From IMG/VR virus record IMGVR_UViG_2698536559_000013: a stretch of DNA of 10,585 nucleotides. One strand, given 5' to 3'. The notes under the pieces are model-generated. The model did no database searches and had not been told where the DNA came from. It saw nothing but the letters and a program-made list of their open reading frames with translations. Positions 7,300-10,585 of the stretch are shown here, piece by piece. A program made the translations under genes and the position numbers. The stretch is from a virus. Its lineage: Duplodnaviria > Heunggongvirae > Uroviricota > Caudoviricetes. Position 1 is the stretch's first letter. Each line of letters begins with the position of its first letter.

Positions 7300-8078
7300 C
7301 CACTATTACCAAAGAACGTATTGAATTGTTCATTAAAAATCCGCTTGAAAACGGGCTTACTCGTGGCGAACAAATGGAACTGGCACGAATTGCACTGGCA
7401 TCACTGGAACGCGAACAGATTCGCCACGAGCATGCCAAATGGTCTGACTCCACATTTGGCTGCGTTGGCCCCATTGGTCCACTGAAACACCTCTCAAAAG
7501 AGGCACTGGAAGCCGCAGCCGAACCAGACGATCTTAGCGAGTGGGCTGATATGCAGTTTCTGTTGTGGGATGCACAACGCCGTGCTGGCATCAGCGATGC
7601 TGAAATTAACGTTGCTATGGAAGATAAATTGAAGATCAACATGGAGCGCCAGTGGCCTGAGCCAAAAGATGGTGAGCCTCGCTTGCACATTAAAGAACCC
7701 GGCAACTCTCCGGTAATTCCGGATGGTTTATCCACGGTATGCGCTGAGGCTTATCAGGTTGTAGGAGTTATGGCAGATGCGCTTGGTGTATTCGGTGATG
7801 CAGCAGTACAGAAAGTTCTGGATAACCTGTCACAGCAAAAACTTGTTCACAGAGATGTGCTGCCGTTCTCGCTTCCGGTAACTCCGGATAGTTGGATAAG
7901 CTGTAGTGAGCGAATGCCGAACGACGCGCAGTGGTGCGTAGTGAACACAGAATACGGGTATTACGCGCAATGCTGGTCTGAAGGTCAAGGGTGGCTTGGT
8001 GATGATATCAGCATCCCTGAATGCGATGTAATCAATTGGATGCCACTACCAGAACCGCCGCAGGAGGTGAATCAATGA
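7296..8078 (+). CDS. Phage accessory protein with an N-terminal MazG-like (DUF550, dATP/dGTP pyrophosphohydrolase-type) domain and a C-terminal DUF551-like Cys/Trp-rich domain, 260 aa
   Basis: ATGA overlap with the ea8.5 stop; SD gagga 7 nt upstream. The N-terminal half carries acidic helix motifs (KEALEAAAEPDDLSEWADMQFLLWDAQRRAG) resembling all-alpha NTP pyrophosphohydrolases. The C-terminal half (WISCSERMPNDAQWCVVNTEYGYYAQCWSEGQGWLGDDISIPECDVINWMPLPEPP) resembles DUF551. Domain calls are from memory of motifs, not a profile search. Confidence 0.75.
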   Translation: MTTITKERIELFIKNPLENGLTRGEQMELARIALASLEREQIRHEHAKWSDSTFGCVGPIGPLKHLSKEALEAAAEPDDLSEWADMQFLLWDAQRRAGISDAEINVAMEDKLKINMERQWPEPKDGEPRLHIKEPGNSPVIPDGLSTVCAEAYQVVGVMADALGVFGDAAVQKVLDNLSQQKLVHRDVLPFSLPVTPDSWISCSERMPNDAQWCVVNTEYGYYAQCWSEGQGWLGDDISIPECDVINWMPLPEPPQEVNQ

Positions 8079-8158
8079 GCTGGCCTGAAGCATTCGCAAC
8101 GGTAGGAATTGCAATGGCGGTAGCACTGGTTTTGTATTCAATTTGTCGCTGGGGATAA
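8075..8158 (+). CDS. Candidate 27-aa membrane peptide (MSWPEAFATVGIAMAVALVLYSICRWG)
   Basis: ATGA overlap with the stop of the 260-aa gene; SD-like caggaggtga 5-14 nt upstream. Hydrophobic core consistent with one transmembrane helix. Below the ORF-track cutoff. Confidence 0.4.
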   Translation: MSWPEAFATVGIAMAVALVLYSICRWG

Positions 8159-8279
8159 CGATGATGCTCATGCGGAAATCATCAAAAAAATGGAACTGCT
8201 AACATGATTTAGGTGGGAGCCTGGAAGATGGCTCCACATATCAACATAGATTATTTCAGGATTCCATATTTTAACTAAT

Positions 8280-9164
8280 CTAAGTTCGACTATTTGGGGC
8301 ATTGATATGCTGTAAATGATGCTTAAGCCAATTTCCAGCCGCGCCTGGTGGCGATTTTTTATTCCAAAGCAGATCGATAGAAATTGCCTTTGGCCAGCCA
8401 GGTACGTCGAGCTGAACCAGCGGTTTTTCTGTTGCAAACTCCTCAACCAGAGCACAGGGCAGAGAGCACCAGCCAAATCCCTGTACGGCCATACTGAGTA
8501 ACAACAAATAGTTAGGTGCAGACCAAACCGGTCCACGGGCAATCATCTCCCGGTTATCGATATAAGTATTAAGACGAAGTTCTCGCCATGAATGAAGTTG
8601 TTCCCGCTGGATTGTTTTTTCTGCAGACAGTGGATGTGACGCCGAAACATAAATGCCCATCCACGCTTGCATCGGTAAACGGGTTGAGCCAATATCGGTG
8701 GGGTAGTGTTCCCGAGACTCAATTAAGCCGATCTGCGCTCGTTCTTTTTGCAAAAGATCGATGACATCGACATCCTCACCAATTAAAACCTCTAACTCAG
8801 TATGTGGAAACTGACTATCAAACTGCACCATGATGTCTTCTAATAAGTCAGGGTGTAGGGTATCGGAAAGCACAAACGTCAGACGAGCTTCAGTCTCTCC
8901 GGCAAGCGAAACCGCCACCTCCTCAAGACGTTCACTGGCTGACAAAATCGCATGAACGTAACTCAATACTTTCTTTCCTTCCTCTGTCAGCACAGGTTCT
9001 CGCGAAGAGCGATCGAATAATGATATACCAAGATCGACCTCAAGATTGGCAATTGACGTACTGACTGCGGACTGACTTTTGCGTAATCTTCGTGCCGCAG
9101 CAGAAAAGGAGCCACAGGAAACCGCTTCAACAAATGTACTTAACGCTTCAAGTGAGTAACGCAT
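8280..9164 (-). CDS. LysR-family transcriptional regulator, 294 aa
   Basis: N-terminal HTH typical of LysR-type regulators (LEALSTFVEAVSCGSFSAAARRLRKSQSAVSTSIANLEVDLGISLFDRSSREPVLTEEG) followed by a co-inducer-binding-type domain. Transcribed divergently from the adjacent transporter gene. Confidence 0.9.
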   Translation of the reverse strand: MRYSLEALSTFVEAVSCGSFSAAARRLRKSQSAVSTSIANLEVDLGISLFDRSSREPVLTEEGKKVLSYVHAILSASERLEEVAVSLAGETEARLTFVLSDTLHPDLLEDIMVQFDSQFPHTELEVLIGEDVDVIDLLQKERAQIGLIESREHYPTDIGSTRLPMQAWMGIYVSASHPLSAEKTIQREQLHSWRELRLNTYIDNREMIARGPVWSAPNYLLLLSMAVQGFGWCSLPCALVEEFATEKPLVQLDVPGWPKAISIDLLWNKKSPPGAAGNWLKHHLQHINAPNSRT

Positions 9165-9267
9165 AATCTATCAATTTTTTCGATGGTATCTATCTTTTAT
9201 ATATCACATAAATCGATAAAAATCTCACAACTCCATAACGCGGTCGAAACTGTAAGAAAGGTAAGTT
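9165..9267. promoter_or_regulatory. Divergent intergenic control region between the LysR gene and the PACE transporter gene
   Basis: 103-bp AT-rich spacer between divergent start codons. Contains an imperfect inverted repeat, tttttcgat (9176-9184) and atcgataaaaa (9213-9223), as might serve a LysR-type operator. No promoter elements were verified. Confidence 0.4.
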
Positions 9268-9726
9268 ATGCAACATAATGCGATTCAACGCAGATCGTTA
9301 CTTGAGCGTATTTTTCACGCTATTTGCTTTGAAGGAATTGCCACTGCGATTCTGGCCCCCACCACAGCATGGTTAATGCAGCGAACTATACTCGAAATGG
9401 GCGGGATGACTATCTTGTTGGCTTCAACTGCAATGATCTGGAATATCATCTATAACATGCTATTTGATCGCTACTGGCCTGCTCATCAGGTAAAACGAAC
9501 TGCAAAAGTTCGTGCATTCCATGCTTTGGGCTTTGAAAGTGGATTTATCGCGATCGGCGTCATTATGGTGTCCTGGATTCTGAGCGTCAGTCTGTTACAG
9601 GCTTTTACACTAGAGATAGGATTCTTCCTTTTCTTTCTACCATATACCATGTTCTACAATTGGGCCTATGACAGCTTACGTTTACGTGTTGTGAAACAGC
9701 ATCAACAACGTATGCTTGCCAGATAA
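9268..9726 (+). CDS. PACE-family (AceI-like) small efflux transporter, 152 aa
   Basis: Two tandem repeats each beginning with the R-x-x-h-A-x-x-F-E motif (ERIFHAICFEG and VRAFHALGFESG), plus WNxxYNxxFD-like motifs (MIWNIIYNMLFD, MFYNWAYD) and four predicted hydrophobic helices. Divergent LysR partner, as in aceR-aceI. Confidence 0.8.
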   Translation: MQHNAIQRRSLLERIFHAICFEGIATAILAPTTAWLMQRTILEMGGMTILLASTAMIWNIIYNMLFDRYWPAHQVKRTAKVRAFHALGFESGFIAIGVIMVSWILSVSLLQAFTLEIGFFLFFLPYTMFYNWAYDSLRLRVVKQHQQRMLAR

Positions 9727-9800
9727 TGTTTTCCCAGGGGAGTAATGAAAATCGCGCAATAATTTTCGATATCCATACTGTACCCCCACCGACTTAACAT

Positions 9801-9827
9801 CCCCGCCCTCGCGGGGATTTCTTTTAT
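9801..9827 (+). terminator. Rho-independent terminator downstream of the PACE gene
   Basis: GC-rich hairpin ccccgc-cctc-gcgggg (9801-9816) followed by a T-rich tract atttcttttat. Confidence 0.6.
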
Positions 9828-9830
9828 CTG

Positions 9831-9857
9831 AACTCGCTACGGCGAGTTTTGTTTTAT
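9831..9857 (+). terminator. Second tandem hairpin plus T-tract; possible back-up terminator
   Basis: aactcgc-tacg-gcgagtt stem-loop (9831-9848) followed by ttgttttat. Confidence 0.4.
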
Positions 9858-9868
9858 GGGGATGATAA

Positions 9869-10036
9869 ATGCACTTCCGAGTCACAGGAGAATGGAATGG
9901 AGAGCCATTCAACAGGGTTATCGAAACAGAGAACATCAACGACTGCTATGACCACTGGATAATATGGGCGCAGATAGCACATGCAGACATAACCAATATT
10001 CGAATTGAAGAACTGAAAGAACACCAAGCCGCCTGA
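9869..10036 (+). CDS. Candidate 55-aa protein of unknown function (MHFRVTGEWNGEPFNRVIETENINDCYDHWIIWAQIAHADITNIRIEELKEHQAA)
   Basis: Below the track cutoff. SD gggga 6 nt upstream of the ATG; in-frame stop immediately upstream; followed directly by a terminator hairpin. No family recognised. Confidence 0.45.
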   Translation: MHFRVTGEWNGEPFNRVIETENINDCYDHWIIWAQIAHADITNIRIEELKEHQAA

Positions 10037-10049
10037 TGGCGGTTTTTTT
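10028..10049 (+). terminator. Rho-independent terminator/attenuator overlapping the stop of the 55-aa ORF
   Basis: gccgcc-tgat-ggcgg hairpin followed by ttttttt (10043-10049). Confidence 0.55.
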
Positions 10050-10063
10050 ATTGGAGACAAGAA

Positions 10064-10408
10064 ATGTCAGATTTGGCTATGAAGGTTTTGAAATGGCAAT
10101 CGACTGGCGATGTTGGCATCAGTAGCGCAACTCTTGCCTCAATCGCATGTGGACTGAAAAAGAATATCTATGGTCATAGCTTCGGTGCTCCACATGACGC
10201 AGCCGATTTCAGACGATGCGTTGCACTTGTTGAGCAGATTCCAGAAATCAGAGATTCATTCGACAAGGTTGCAAAGCGCGTTCCGGCATTCAAAGGCATC
10301 CTCAACGAATGGGATTCCCTCGTTGCTCTGTTGAAGTCAGAAATGAAGATACACGGAAACAAAGCACCAGAGACTTACAGAAGAATCAGCGAGCTACGCA
10401 AGGACTAA
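10064..10408 (+). CDS. Hypothetical protein, 114 aa, unknown function
   Basis: ORF with SD ggaga 6 nt upstream of the ATG. Soluble-looking, mixed-charge protein (MSDLAMKVLKWQSTGDVGISSATLASIACGLKKNIYGHSFGAPHDAADFRRCVALVEQIPEIRDSFDKVAKRV...). No family recognised. Confidence 0.6.
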   Translation: MSDLAMKVLKWQSTGDVGISSATLASIACGLKKNIYGHSFGAPHDAADFRRCVALVEQIPEIRDSFDKVAKRVPAFKGILNEWDSLVALLKSEMKIHGNKAPETYRRISELRKD

Positions 10409-10585
10409 CCATGAAATAACACCGCCTCACACTCGATGAGGCCTGTTCATTGCTCAATGATATCCAGACCTACCGCAATAATACCAACTCAATAAATGGA
10501 GATTCCAGGTGGAAGAAGAAATCTTCACTCGTGAAGAGGCAGCATCGTATCTGAAGGTAGTGTAGTGGTCAACAAAAACTGGCCA

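Noticed and set aside
5810-7735. Minus-strand and alternative-frame ORFs 5810-5995, 6471-6740, 6557-7078, 7034-7240, 7122-7373, 7289-7735, 7494-7688
   Set aside because: Antisense or out-of-frame relative to the tightly coupled plus-strand accessory genes; composition-driven artefacts.
3352-8158. Possibility that the lambda-like segment is laboratory lambda or Red-cassette contamination
   Set aside because: The proteins carry scattered substitutions relative to lambda as I recall it, bet is deleted, and the block is flanked by a P fragment and unrelated chromosomal genes, not vector sequence.
7090-8279. Search for xis, int and attP/att core downstream of ea8.5
   Set aside because: The expected lambda xis-int proteins are not encoded here; the space is occupied by the DUF550/DUF551 gene and a micro-ORF, so no integrase or excisionase is reported.
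8168-8542. ORFs 8168-8542 (-) and 8316-8501 (+) at the 3' end of the LysR gene
   Set aside because: They overlap the LysR coding region in other frames or antisense, or run into the junction spacer; no homology or ribosome-binding-site support.
9682-10362. Minus-strand ORFs 9682-9939, 9854-10060 and 10174-10362
   Set aside because: They span the terminator hairpins or lie antisense to the better-supported plus-strand small genes.
1-10585. CRISPR arrays, tRNA/rRNA genes, IS elements
   Set aside because: No regularly spaced direct repeats, no tRNA-like cloverleaf candidates and no transposase ORFs or terminal inverted repeats were recognised by eye.

Overview
The window holds a decayed lambda-like (lambdoid) prophage remnant at about 3352-8158, sitting between two apparently non-phage loci. 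All phage assignments rest on my recollection of phage lambda protein sequences, not on a database search. On the left is a complete 1026-aa inverse-autotransporter (intimin/invasin-family) adhesin gene on the minus strand. The remnant starts with a C-terminal fragment of replication gene P (minus strand), joined through a short segment of unknown origin to the lambda early-left genes on the plus strand: gam, bet (broken by an internal out-of-frame deletion), exo, orf60a, orf63, orf61, orf73 (TraR-like), ea22 and ea8.5. Where lambda carries xis-int, there is instead a 260-aa DUF550/DUF551-type protein and a 27-aa membrane peptide. The immunity region, pL/N, O, the lysis and structural genes, and int/xis are all absent from the window. 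To the right lie a divergent LysR-type regulator and PACE-family efflux gene pair, then a terminator-rich stretch with two small genes of unknown function. The phage proteins carry scattered substitutions relative to lambda, so this looks like a natural lambdoid relative, not a laboratory Red cassette. No CRISPR array, tRNA, rRNA or recognisable att core was seen.
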